Below, in pieces: positions 11,127 to 21,160 of a stretch of 64,000 bases of DNA (the first letter of the stretch is position 1; each line of letters opens with the position of its first letter). The stretch covers positions 512,001 to 576,000 of the forward strand of contig CAVYGN010000001.1 of the NCBI GenBank assembly GCA_963768055.1, in the 5' to 3' direction. The notes beneath the pieces are model-generated. The model searched no databases. It saw nothing but the letters and a program-made list of their open reading frames with translations, and was not told the origin of the DNA. The position numbers and the translations under genes are program-made. Source of the DNA: an uncultured Spirochaetota bacterium. Lineage in GTDB: Bacteria; Spirochaetota; Brevinematia; Brevinematales; JAOACQ01.

Positions 11127-11227
11127 GGAAGTCTTTGCCGATAGGCGCGGACTTCCTTTTTTTATTCAAATATCAGGAAAGGTGTAATCCTGTCGGTGCG
11201 GTCGACGGAAATATTTGGAAAAGATAA
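11127..11227 (+). promoter_or_regulatory. Conserved palindrome/promoter element (copy 3); also terminator-like
   Basis: GGAAGTC TTTGCC GATA GGCGCG GACTTCC, T-tract, TGTAAT, CCTGTCGGTGCGGTCGACGGAAAT. Confidence 0.75.
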
Positions 11228-11297
11228 ACTTAGGTATAAAAAATCATTGTGTGTAAAAAAGTTTATTTATTCAAATTTTACTTTATGGAGGAATGTT

Positions 11298-11564
11298 ATG
11301 GAAAGAAGTTTTGCGATCATGGAAAAAGTTAAAAAGTTATTAGGTGAAGTCGTCGGTAAACCCTCACTTCCCGCTACATTAACCGGCTTGACGGATATTA
11401 TAGCGGATATAGGGCTGAATTCAGTTCAAATGATAAACTTTGTCCTTGTACTGGAAGATGAATTCGCGTTTGAAATAAATTTTGAAAAACTGGATTACTC
11501 AATATTTGAAAGCATCGACACTTTATGCGAATTCATAGGTAACAGTACCGCCAAGGAACAATAA
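11298..11564 (+). CDS. Acyl carrier protein (BtrI-like)
   Basis: 88 aa acidic protein, DIGLNSVQMINFVLVLEDEF phosphopantetheine motif; RBS GGAGG before ATG 11298. Confidence 0.85.
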   Translation: MERSFAIMEKVKKLLGEVVGKPSLPATLTGLTDIIADIGLNSVQMINFVLVLEDEFAFEINFEKLDYSIFESIDTLCEFIGNSTAKEQ

Positions 11565-11604
11565 TCATATCTCACCGGTGTTGATCGGTGTTAAGGAATG
11601 AATA

Positions 11605-12588
11605 ATGAATAAAGGCAAGTTACCATTACATTATGCTCATGAGAATATCAAGCATGCGAATATGCTGGTGGTGGGCTGGCAATACGGCGACAATTGCAAC
11701 CTTAAATGCTCCTATTGTCCGTTATGTTTGCACAGCGGATCAACCAAATGGCTGGAGCTGTCGGTTTCAAAGAAATTTATCGATAAAATTATATCCTATT
11801 ATAAAGACCGCCTGGGTAAAGACATCTATTTTGATTTTTCAGGCGGTGAAATCACCCTGTATCAGGAATTGATCGAATTGGTAAATTATATAAAAGCGAG
11901 GGGATGTTATTCGGGTATTTGCACAAATGGTAAAAGAAGCATCGACTATTGGGAAAAAACAGCCCCTTACCTGGATCACATAAATCTCAGCTATCATCCC
12001 GGATTCAAGTATAAAGATTTATTTTTCCGGGTTGTTCAATATCTTCAAGATAAGGTTTCCTGCCACATTAATATTATGATGCACCCTGATTATTTCGATG
12101 AATGTGAAGAATTGGGGCTGAAAATATCGAATTCAATCCGCAACGCGTCGATCAGCTTTCAGGCTCTGTATATATTGCTCGGCGTCCCGTCTTTAATGAG
12201 TTACTCAAATGATCAATTATCGAGTCTCAAAAAACTGAACAAAGAAACCAGAATATTTTGGGATAAGGAGCCCTTTACATACAGGGGAAGAATGAAAAAG
12301 ACATATATCGATCATACGTCTGACACAATAACGCAGCCCGACATAATAATTAATGAAGAAAACCACTGGAAGTCATGGAAATGCTGGGGCGGGCTGGAAC
12401 AGATTGTAATAAACAAGAAGGAAGAGGTTTTCAGAGCATGGTGCGAGCAGGATAAAATCGGTAAAATCAGGGATGCCGACCTGATATTCCCGGGAAACCC
12501 CGTAATCTGCAAAAAAGACACATGTTCATGCGGTTTTGACGTACTCTGCACTAAAAGTAATATGTCTTCTGGATCAGGTATTTTATGA
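11605..12588 (+). CDS. Radical SAM protein
   Basis: CNLKCSYC, SGGE, SYHP, C-terminal CWGG..C..CKKDTCSC. Confidence 0.85.
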   Translation: MNKGKLPLHYAHENIKHANMLVVGWQYGDNCNLKCSYCPLCLHSGSTKWLELSVSKKFIDKIISYYKDRLGKDIYFDFSGGEITLYQELIELVNYIKARGCYSGICTNGKRSIDYWEKTAPYLDHINLSYHPGFKYKDLFFRVVQYLQDKVSCHINIMMHPDYFDECEELGLKISNSIRNASISFQALYILLGVPSLMSYSNDQLSSLKKLNKETRIFWDKEPFTYRGRMKKTYIDHTSDTITQPDIIINEENHWKSWKCWGGLEQIVINKKEEVFRAWCEQDKIGKIRDADLIFPGNPVICKKDTCSCGFDVLCTKSNMSSGSGIL

Positions 12589-13937
12589 ATGGAAAAACAG
12601 TTGTCATGGGTATGTTTGACTCTGAAAAATTCTGGAGAGATGAGAAATCAACCAAGCTGCCTGAAATCATTGACAACTCATCAAATAATATCGTATCAAC
12701 AATGGATGAATTGTTATTTCCACTATGCGGAAAAGAGGACCTTCTCTTAACCAGGTACAGGTTTCAACCTGAATTAAAAAGTTATCTGGACAGTATTGGT
12801 ATTTCATTTAACAGCAATGAAAAGGATCTTCTGGATGTGAATAAAGAGGCGGCCGATTCTAAAGATAAATGCGTTTTTGAGCTTTTAAACAGTCAGAGGC
12901 AAAATTGTTATTTCAAGAATTTACTTAAAGGTTTTTCCACAATAAACACCTATGCCATTCTCCCAAATACCGCGTCAGCATACAAAAATTGGGGTTTGGG
13001 TGAAATTAAGCCGGCGTATGAAATTGTTAAAAAAGTAAACTCAAAAATTTACTCGCATGAGGTTTGTGAACGTATCGGTATAAAAAATTATGGAATGATC
13101 ATAAATAAAAGCAATGAACTCGAAAAGGCAGCTGTAAGATATGGAAACGGACGGGGATTTTTGATAAAAGACCCATATGGTGTCTCCGGAAAAGGAAACT
13201 TATTAATAAGCTCGCGAAAGATGCTCGGAATTATAGAAAAATATTTGGCCTTCCAGGAAGGAAAAGGGTTATCAACCCGGTTCCTGGTTGAACCGTATCA
13301 TGATAAGGTTCATGACTTTTCCTGCCAGATAATAATCGGCCAAAATGGGAAACATGAGGTTTTATCGGTACAGGACATTTATAATCAGTATTTTTCCTAT
13401 TCCGGTTCAATGAGCGCTGATCGGGAATTTATAGATTTCCTGGATGATAATAATTATTTCAATATTATAAGAAAGACAGCCGGAGAATTAGCCGGAGAAG
13501 GCTATATAGGAAATGTTTGTATTGATTCCATGATTTTACAGAACGGCGAGATTGTGCCAATAGTTGAAATTAATGCCAGGAAATCAATGGGATTGATTAA
13601 TTATTACCTTGACAAGTTCCTCGCCCCTTTTTCAGCAAAAAGTTATTTATCATTCTTCTCTGCCGGTTATAAAAACGATATTAAATTTGATGAAATCCTG
13701 AGTAAGTTCAGGGTAAGCGGTTTATTATTTTGCCCTGAAAAAGGATCCGGCCTTATACCATTATCCTGTAATACTTTGTTTATTAACCGGAATAGAGGGC
13801 AAACATCAGGCAGAGGTTCGTTGTATATGGGAAAATTTTATTTTTCAGCTGCGGCGAACCTGCCCGCAGAAAGACAAAACATAACCGGCGATGCTGATAA
13901 GATTTTAAAATCGCTGAATCTTTCAATATATAATTGA
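12585..13937 (+). CDS. ATP-grasp ligase (BtrJ-like ACP-amino acid ligase)
   Basis: IKDPYGVSGKG, LVEPY, CIDSM, VEINARKSMG ATP-grasp motifs; ACP gene nearby. The BtrJ assignment is from recalled family resemblance. Confidence 0.75.
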   Translation: MNGKTVVMGMFDSEKFWRDEKSTKLPEIIDNSSNNIVSTMDELLFPLCGKEDLLLTRYRFQPELKSYLDSIGISFNSNEKDLLDVNKEAADSKDKCVFELLNSQRQNCYFKNLLKGFSTINTYAILPNTASAYKNWGLGEIKPAYEIVKKVNSKIYSHEVCERIGIKNYGMIINKSNELEKAAVRYGNGRGFLIKDPYGVSGKGNLLISSRKMLGIIEKYLAFQEGKGLSTRFLVEPYHDKVHDFSCQIIIGQNGKHEVLSVQDIYNQYFSYSGSMSADREFIDFLDDNNYFNIIRKTAGELAGEGYIGNVCIDSMILQNGEIVPIVEINARKSMGLINYYLDKFLAPFSAKSYLSFFSAGYKNDIKFDEILSKFRVSGLLFCPEKGSGLIPLSCNTLFINRNRGQTSGRGSLYMGKFYFSAAANLPAERQNITGDADKILKSLNLSIYN

Positions 13938-13948
13938 TGAGGAAACCG

Positions 13949-15589
13949 ATGGAAAACAGATGTGATTTCGATCCGCGCAGGATTAATTTCTGGAATGATA
14001 CTTATAATCTTATTAAGCATTTAAATTATAAAGTATATGTCAATTTCGATTGGTCGACATTCAAGGATAGAAAATTCCCCTTCATAGGCGCCGTGCATAT
14101 AGACAATCTGGCTATGCTGAAAAAGAGCCTTTTGGATAACCAAATCATTATAACGAATATCCAGACACCTCATTATAGGGGGATTTATTTTGAACCCTCC
14201 CCGGAATGTCCCGGGTTGATTATCGCCCCTATGAAGGAGACGGACACATTTAAACAGGATCTCCGAGAACTCAGGTTTTTTGGAAAAGAGCATAATATTG
14301 TAAATTTGAATTTTATGGATGATTTATCAGGCGGGCTTCTATTGAAAAATATCGAGTACATAGTAATCAGTATGGCCGGATTTTACCATAAGGATTTTAT
14401 TGAATTGCAGACAGCAAATACCTCTTTCAAACCTTTTAAAACCGCTTTCTGGTGCGACATCTATTCTTTGATGAAGCAAAAATCACTTGCAGCATATATA
14501 GATTTTGACTGGAAGACATTTGAAAACAGGAAGTTTATAATTATTGGAGCAGTAAAAAATGAAAATTTCGAACATGTAAAAAATAGTTTGACTGATCAAA
14601 AATTTAAAACTGAGCGTATCGAGACTTTTCATTATATTATCCTTTATTTCGAGTTTACCGCGGATTTATTCGGAATATTTATTACCCCCAAGAATGAAAT
14701 GATGGCTATGGATCAGAGTATTATCAATTCAGACCTTGAATTTATCACACTCTCGGAATTAAAAGAAGCCGGCAGAAAAAACGGTATTGAAAATCTGGCA
14801 TCTGTCGATTTGCTATCATGTACACTGATAAAAGGATTATATGAATTGATGATGCGGGAAATTCATGAAATCACTGCCAATAAAATGAGGCTCATTTCAT
14901 ATAAAAACAGCCATATGGAATACATAAAAAATTATCTGGATTATAAAAATAGAAATATTCTCGATCATGAAATACAGGATTACCATATTAAGAAGTTCAG
15001 CGGTCTGTATTACCTCGAAATAAAAATAATTTCGGAATTACTGGAAGACCCTGACATTTCCATACATGATGCCGGTACCAATGTCGCTCACTTTCCACTG
15101 TTATTAAGCGCCTTGTCCGGGGAAGAATTGTTCGGGCTGAATATATCTCAAATTATAGCATCGGATAACATATGGACGGGTGAAATGCCTATTTATGATA
15201 TTTTAAAGGACAATCCGGGGTATAAACAGATACATTTTATAAAACTTGATTTAATCAAAGAAATTCAAAACTCTCCCGGAACAGATGTAATAATTGCCAA
15301 TGATGTTTTAGAACACCTCCCTGACGATGAAACATCTTTTAAGGTATTAAAGGGGCTCTGGAATAAAACCGGAAAGCTTCTGATTGTCCATGTGCCTTTT
15401 GAAAACATACCCAACCCTCAATGGGGGCATTGCATCACTTTTAATGAAGAAAAAATAAAAAATTGGGCAAACCGGCTGCCGGGCGGCAAGTCCCTTCCGC
15501 AACACTTATATGAGGATGAAATGCGGTATTTTATCGGAGGAGGCTTTTTAGTCGTTTCCAGAGAGGATGAACAAACCACCCTTGAATAA
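13949..15589 (+). CDS. Repeat-module protein with C-terminal class I SAM methyltransferase
   Basis: Two ~150 aa FW..Y.L.K..FDW.TF..RK modules, then IHDAGTN, IIASD, DVIIANDVLEHL; RBS GAGGA before ATG 13949. Confidence 0.65.
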   Translation: MENRCDFDPRRINFWNDTYNLIKHLNYKVYVNFDWSTFKDRKFPFIGAVHIDNLAMLKKSLLDNQIIITNIQTPHYRGIYFEPSPECPGLIIAPMKETDTFKQDLRELRFFGKEHNIVNLNFMDDLSGGLLLKNIEYIVISMAGFYHKDFIELQTANTSFKPFKTAFWCDIYSLMKQKSLAAYIDFDWKTFENRKFIIIGAVKNENFEHVKNSLTDQKFKTERIETFHYIILYFEFTADLFGIFITPKNEMMAMDQSIINSDLEFITLSELKEAGRKNGIENLASVDLLSCTLIKGLYELMMREIHEITANKMRLISYKNSHMEYIKNYLDYKNRNILDHEIQDYHIKKFSGLYYLEIKIISELLEDPDISIHDAGTNVAHFPLLLSALSGEELFGLNISQIIASDNIWTGEMPIYDILKDNPGYKQIHFIKLDLIKEIQNSPGTDVIIANDVLEHLPDDETSFKVLKGLWNKTGKLLIVHVPFENIPNPQWGHCITFNEEKIKNWANRLPGGKSLPQHLYEDEMRYFIGGGFLVVSREDEQTTLE

Positions 15590-15605
15590 AAAGGAAGTAT
15601 GAGAG

Positions 15606-17711
15606 ATGGAAAACAGATGCGATTTCGATTCGCAGAGGATTAATTTCTGGAATAATACTTATAATCTTATTAAGCATTTAAGTTACAAAGTATATGTCAA
15701 TTTCGATTGGGCAACATTCAAGGATAGAAAATTCCCCGTCATAGGCGCCGTGCATATAGACAATCTGGCCATGCTAAAAAAGAGCCTTTTGGATAACCAA
15801 ATCTTTATAACGAATATCCTGACACCTCATTACAGGGGGGTTTATTTTGAATCCTCCCCGGAATGCGCCGGGTTGTTTATAGCCCTGACAAAAGAGACGG
15901 ACACATTTAAACAAGATTTCGGTGAACTCAGGGATTTTGGAAGGGAGCATAATATCGATGGACTGGCTTTAATCGATGAATTATCCAAATCACTTCTTCT
16001 GACTAATATCGGCTTTCTATTATATGATATGGCCGGTATCTATAATCAGGACTTCCGGGAGATACAATCTGTTAACGATATAGATCCTTCGAAGATATTT
16101 TTCTGGTACAAAATCTGCGGCGTTATAAAAACAGCGGAAACTTCTGTAAATAATTTCAAGGTCATAATTGACCCCTATTGGAAAACTTTTCAAGATAGAA
16201 AATTCCCGGTCATAGGTACTGTACATATAGATGATTTGAAAGTTTTAAAAAAAAGCCTGTCTGACAATCACCTGCTTGTAAGCGACCTCCGGACCCGTCA
16301 TTATAGGGGAATCTATTTTGAATCCTCCCCGGAATGCGCCGGGTTGTTTATAGCACCTATAAAGGAGACAGATACATTTAAACAAAATCTCGGTGAACTC
16401 AGGGCTTTTGGAATGGAGAATAATATAGAGAGTTTGTATCTGATGGATGAGTTATCTGAAGAAATTTTATTGAATAATATTGAGTATATGTTAAATAGTA
16501 TGGCCGGGATCAGTCATAAGGATTTTATTGAAATACAATCGGGAAATGCCTGTTTCAATCCCTTAAAAACGGCTTTCTGGTGTGACATCTATTCTTTGAT
16601 TAAGCGGAACAAATATTCGGTTTATTTGGATTTTGACTGGCAGACTTTTAAAAAGCGAAAATTACCCGTCGTCGGATCGATAAAAACAAGCGATATTGAA
16701 CTTTTAAGAAATCGACTGGAGGAATTTAAATTTGAAACAAACGTTATTAAGACCTTAAATTATTCGATCCTCTATTTTGAATCTGACAGTGATTTATCCG
16801 GTCTATTTTTATCCTTTAAAGATGAAGCGGCGGATATGGACCTGCGTATTATCGATTCAGACCTTGAGTTTACAATCCTGTCAGAACTAAGAAATGCAGG
16901 CAGGAAGCATCGCCTTGAAAATCTGTTTAACCTGGATTTTTTATCGAGCTCCCTGATTAAGCGGTGCCTGGAACAGAATATTGCGGAAATCCTGGGAATC
17001 CCTCTGGATGAAATCAGGGTCATCACGTATAAAAACAGCCATCTTGAATACATAAGAAATTATCTGGATTACAAAAACAAAAGAAAAGATCCCCGTCATG
17101 ATATTAGCCATAAAAGCAATAAGACACTGGAGGAGAATATCAATTTCTTCAGTGCCGTTTATTACCTGGAAATCGAACTAATATCGGAAATCCTGAAAGG
17201 ACAATCTGTTTCCATGCATGATGTCGGTACGAATGTCGCCCAGTTCCCTCTTTTATTGAGCGCCCTTTCCTGTGAAGAGTTATTCGGGCTGGAAATTTCT
17301 CGAATTATCGCTTCAGATATCGCCTGGACAGGAGAAGGGTATATTAAAAATATCTTAAAGGATAATGAACGGTATAGACCGATCAGTTTTATCAAACTTG
17401 ATTTGATGAACGAAATTCAAAATTCTCCCGTAGCTGATGTAGTCATAGCGAATGATGTTTTGGAACACCTGCCTGATGAAGAGGCCTCTTTTTCGGTATT
17501 ATCAGGGCTCTGGGAAAAAACAGGAAAGCTTATGATAGCCCATGTCCCGATTGAAGACACACCCAATCCGCTATGGGATCATCATGTAACTTTTAATGAA
17601 AAAAAAATACGGAATTGGGTAAACCGGCTGCCGGGGACATCTAAACGATATTACAGCGGTAAAAAGCAGACCCTTACACGTTATGGATTTTTTATTGTTT
17701 CAAAAATATAA
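15606..17711 (+). CDS. Paralogous repeat-module methyltransferase (three modules)
   Basis: Near-identical 5' DNA to 13949; one extra module; MHDVGTN, DVVIANDVLEHL. Confidence 0.65.
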   Translation: MENRCDFDSQRINFWNNTYNLIKHLSYKVYVNFDWATFKDRKFPVIGAVHIDNLAMLKKSLLDNQIFITNILTPHYRGVYFESSPECAGLFIALTKETDTFKQDFGELRDFGREHNIDGLALIDELSKSLLLTNIGFLLYDMAGIYNQDFREIQSVNDIDPSKIFFWYKICGVIKTAETSVNNFKVIIDPYWKTFQDRKFPVIGTVHIDDLKVLKKSLSDNHLLVSDLRTRHYRGIYFESSPECAGLFIAPIKETDTFKQNLGELRAFGMENNIESLYLMDELSEEILLNNIEYMLNSMAGISHKDFIEIQSGNACFNPLKTAFWCDIYSLIKRNKYSVYLDFDWQTFKKRKLPVVGSIKTSDIELLRNRLEEFKFETNVIKTLNYSILYFESDSDLSGLFLSFKDEAADMDLRIIDSDLEFTILSELRNAGRKHRLENLFNLDFLSSSLIKRCLEQNIAEILGIPLDEIRVITYKNSHLEYIRNYLDYKNKRKDPRHDISHKSNKTLEENINFFSAVYYLEIELISEILKGQSVSMHDVGTNVAQFPLLLSALSCEELFGLEISRIIASDIAWTGEGYIKNILKDNERYRPISFIKLDLMNEIQNSPVADVVIANDVLEHLPDEEASFSVLSGLWEKTGKLMIAHVPIEDTPNPLWDHHVTFNEKKIRNWVNRLPGTSKRYYSGKKQTLTRYGFFIVSKI

Positions 17712-17726
17712 ACAAAGGAACATGAC

Positions 17727-18860
17727 ATGAAATACAGCTTTGTGATATCAACCCGCAATAATAACGAGTTTCTAAAAAACACCCTTGAGGCTTTAAATTA
17801 TCAGCATGGTTTCGGACATTATAATGTCATATTGGTTGATGAAGGTTCTTCTGACTATGCTAACGTCAGGGGAACAAACCGCAACTATGAATTGAAATAT
17901 TTTCACATTGAACGCTGCAGAGATTCATTCGGGGCACGGGCCAGGAACTACGGCTGGAAGCAGGCAGACGGGGATATAATTGTCTTTATCGATTCGGACA
18001 TAATAGTCAGGCCGGATTACCTCGATGAACTGGACAGGTGTTTCGGTATGAGCGGCGATATCGCCGTGATAGGGAACATGCTTCTTCCTAAAACCAGGAT
18101 TAAATACAGTGATGTTACAAGCTGCCGCATTTTTAAAAAAAATCATTTTGACAGTAAAAAGACTAATAATCTTGAGTTCAGACATTATTTATTTGAGAAA
18201 ACTTCATATAACATCAACGCCATTATCGATCCATGGATGAAGTTTAACAGCTGCAATGCCGCAATCCCCAAAAAATGGCTCGAAATAATCGGCGGTTTTG
18301 ATGAATCTTTTATCGGACGCGGATTTGAGGATATTGATCTGGGTTATGTTTTATCAGATATGAAACTGCAAATCGTCATCGATCCGAAATTGGAAGTGAT
18401 CCGCCAATATCATGGCAAAAGCAATAATTTTGTAATAAATAATGAGAACATGGAGGAATATGACAGAAACATGGGACTTTTTTTAGCCAAGCATCCTGAT
18501 GCTCTCAAGCTGCTCAGTGAAGCGGCATATATTTTATCGAAGGGGAAAATCTCCTATAAAGAAACGCTATCGGATGATGGCGTGAGGAATATTGTATTGG
18601 ATTTCAAGGAAAAAAAACTATTGGGCGATTTTAAAACCATGATTCTGAAGTCATTGACAAAAAAAAATACACTATTAATTATCCAGGATTATGTTGAAAA
18701 GACTGATCTGGATATCTGGTTACAGTTGCCCAAAGATAATGGAATTATAAAAGCAAGATACTACCCTATGTCGAAAAGGATTGACCAAAAAGAGGCTGAT
18801 AGTTTTCTGAGAAAAAATATTAATACTATGCGTTTTTTGATTCAAGGGAGAGTGGATTGA
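17727..18860 (+). CDS. Glycosyltransferase family 2 (divergent paralog)
   Basis: SFVIST, VDEGSSD, ARN.GW, FIDSD, GGFDESF.G.GFEDIDLG. Confidence 0.85.
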   Translation: MKYSFVISTRNNNEFLKNTLEALNYQHGFGHYNVILVDEGSSDYANVRGTNRNYELKYFHIERCRDSFGARARNYGWKQADGDIIVFIDSDIIVRPDYLDELDRCFGMSGDIAVIGNMLLPKTRIKYSDVTSCRIFKKNHFDSKKTNNLEFRHYLFEKTSYNINAIIDPWMKFNSCNAAIPKKWLEIIGGFDESFIGRGFEDIDLGYVLSDMKLQIVIDPKLEVIRQYHGKSNNFVINNENMEEYDRNMGLFLAKHPDALKLLSEAAYILSKGKISYKETLSDDGVRNIVLDFKEKKLLGDFKTMILKSLTKKNTLLIIQDYVEKTDLDIWLQLPKDNGIIKARYYPMSKRIDQKEADSFLRKNINTMRFLIQGRVD

Positions 18861-18861
18861 A

Positions 18862-19959
18862 ATGACGGATAATACAGTATCGATACTATGCTCCGGAGTC
18901 GCGCTCGGTGTGTATATACCCGCGCTTCTGACTGATTATCAATTGCGGGAGCTCGGCGTGAAAACCGAACTCCTGGTATTGGAGAACTTATTAAAAGAGG
19001 ATAAAAGGAAAATAATAAGGGAAAGCAAAAAGGCTTTCCACGGCAGTTTCAGGGTAGCTCTGGCGGGGCAGAAGATGGCCAGGGACTTAAAACCTAATTT
19101 TGATTCCAGGGCCGTTTATGATTTATTCAAGCTCTGGGATAAAGAAAACCGGAGGCGCTTCATTGTCTTTTCGGGTTTCTGGCTTTCAGTGTTAAAGGAG
19201 TACTGTGGAACGGCCGGTCAGGAAGGCTTATGTATCGAGATAGTCCATATGGACGCCGCCGTTTCGGCATCATGGAAACTCTTCATGGAAGAGAGCAAAG
19301 CCTTTAATAATATATGGATATTCGGCCGGAAGGGTAACAATCTGGCCTATGAAATACCGGTCGGGGGAAAAAAGCCCGAGGCATACGGGGAGAGGCCTGA
19401 CCGGTATGTTATACATGGCGGGGGCTGGGGGATGGGCACTTACCAGGGCAGGATCCCCGAACTTACAGACATGGGATTTAATCTTGATATTGTCGCATAT
19501 TACATAGAAGAGGCGCTGGAAAGGGTAAAGGGCAGAAGGTATTATATGGTGGACCCGGAATGGCAGCCATGGACGGAAAACAGTGAGGGCCGCTATGAAT
19601 TCCCGCCGTTCGGGGAGATCGGGGTAAATATAAATATATCATATAAAAACAAGACGGAATACCATGAACTCTTTGATGTGATAAGGAAGAGCAGGGCGGT
19701 AATTAGCAAGCCCGGGGGGGCGACCCTGATGGATTCTCTGGCTTCGGCCACGCCCTTGGTCATGCTTGAGCCGTTCGGTGATTATGAGAGGAAAAACTCC
19801 GAGTTGTGGGAAGGCCTGGGATACGGGATCCCGTACGAAAAATGGAAGAGTTCGGGATTTTCATCCGTGGTGCTGGAGAAACTGCATAAAAATCTTATGA
19901 AAGCCGGGGGGAAGCTGGTTAATTATCCCCGGGATTATTTCGAGAGGAATTTTAAATGA
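18862..19959 (+). CDS. GT-B fold glycosyltransferase (GT28-C-like)
   Basis: HGGGWGMG, ISKPGGATLMDS, PFGDYERKN (MurG/MGDG-synthase-like C-terminal motifs). Confidence 0.7.
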   Translation: MTDNTVSILCSGVALGVYIPALLTDYQLRELGVKTELLVLENLLKEDKRKIIRESKKAFHGSFRVALAGQKMARDLKPNFDSRAVYDLFKLWDKENRRRFIVFSGFWLSVLKEYCGTAGQEGLCIEIVHMDAAVSASWKLFMEESKAFNNIWIFGRKGNNLAYEIPVGGKKPEAYGERPDRYVIHGGGWGMGTYQGRIPELTDMGFNLDIVAYYIEEALERVKGRRYYMVDPEWQPWTENSEGRYEFPPFGEIGVNINISYKNKTEYHELFDVIRKSRAVISKPGGATLMDSLASATPLVMLEPFGDYERKNSELWEGLGYGIPYEKWKSSGFSSVVLEKLHKNLMKAGGKLVNYPRDYFERNFK

Positions 19960-19974
19960 AGACAGGAGAACCCG

Positions 19975-21147
19975 ATGCAGCCTGAAACAGAAGTAAAGTT
20001 CGACCGCGCGACATTTATGAGGATCAAAAGGACGATCCGGAATATGTCCATAGGAAAAAACAATCTAAAGAGGGACCCCGAGTTTGCTTTGCGCCTTCCC
20101 GATGAAGTAGGGATACAGCTGACAAACCGCTGCAATCTCAGGTGCAAACACTGCTTCCAGTGGAATGACACAGGCTTCCATAACCTCTTTGATGAAAGCG
20201 CCAGGAGCGGTGAACTGGATATAGATATCTTTAAAAAGATACTGGCCGAAACATCGGAAGTAAAATCGAACCTTTACCTCTGGGGGGGCGAGCCGTTGTG
20301 CTACAGCGAATGGGACAGGCTTTCTAACACCCTTGAAAAGGACCCGCGCTGGACGGTTTTATGCACCAACGGGATAGATATTGAAAAGAGGCTTGATCCA
20401 ATCATAAAAATATCCCCGGACCTGGCGATGCTTATCAGCCTGGACGGTTTCAGCGAGGAAAACGACTCTGTCAGGGGAAAGGGGACATACAGGAAAGTCA
20501 TTGACAATATCAGTCTGCTGATCGGGCTTAAAAAGAAAAATGTCTATAAGGGTGAACTTTCCGTTAATTGCGTGATAAGCGTCGCCATGGCCGGAAAGCT
20601 CTATGATTTCGCCGTGATGCTCGAGGAAATAGGGATCAACTCATTGTATTTCTGTTTTCCATGGTATATTTCCGGCAGCACATCGCTCAGGATGAACAGG
20701 TTCTTCAGGGAAAATTTCAGCTGGCTCCGCAGCCTGGATAAAACTCATCCCCCGAGCTGGCATTCCTACAGGTACAATCTTGACGCCGGGGTTCTTGATG
20801 AGCTGACGCAAGATCTTGATAGGATCGGTGGGCGGGTATGGAAGATGAGGCTCCGATACCAGCCGGCACTGGAAACCTGCGAGATAAAAGGGTTTATCAA
20901 CGGCAAAGAAAAACCGGCCCAGGGAAGGTCGCGATGCGTCGGCATTACAAACCGGATGAATGTAATGCCGGACGGAAGGGTTACGGTATGCAAGCTCTTT
21001 CCGGAATTCGAGATAGGAAACCTGAATAAAAACAGCGTAACCGGAATCTGGAACAGTCCCGATTTTAAAAAAGCAAGAGGTATCATCAGCCGGGGTCTGA
21101 TGCCGGTCTGCTCGAAATGCGTCCTTTTATACCTGCATGGAGTCTAA
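19975..21147 (+). CDS. Radical SAM/SPASM-twitch protein
   Basis: CNLRCKHC, WGGEP, SLDG, C..MPDGRVTVC..IGNL..IWNS..CSKC. Confidence 0.9.
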   Translation: MQPETEVKFDRATFMRIKRTIRNMSIGKNNLKRDPEFALRLPDEVGIQLTNRCNLRCKHCFQWNDTGFHNLFDESARSGELDIDIFKKILAETSEVKSNLYLWGGEPLCYSEWDRLSNTLEKDPRWTVLCTNGIDIEKRLDPIIKISPDLAMLISLDGFSEENDSVRGKGTYRKVIDNISLLIGLKKKNVYKGELSVNCVISVAMAGKLYDFAVMLEEIGINSLYFCFPWYISGSTSLRMNRFFRENFSWLRSLDKTHPPSWHSYRYNLDAGVLDELTQDLDRIGGRVWKMRLRYQPALETCEIKGFINGKEKPAQGRSRCVGITNRMNVMPDGRVTVCKLFPEFEIGNLNKNSVTGIWNSPDFKKARGIISRGLMPVCSKCVLLYLHGV

Positions 21148-21160
21148 GAGGAGATATGAT

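Noticed and set aside
11196..11297. Longer N-terminus for the ACP
   Set aside because: The GTG lies inside the regulatory repeat; a strong RBS supports ATG 11298
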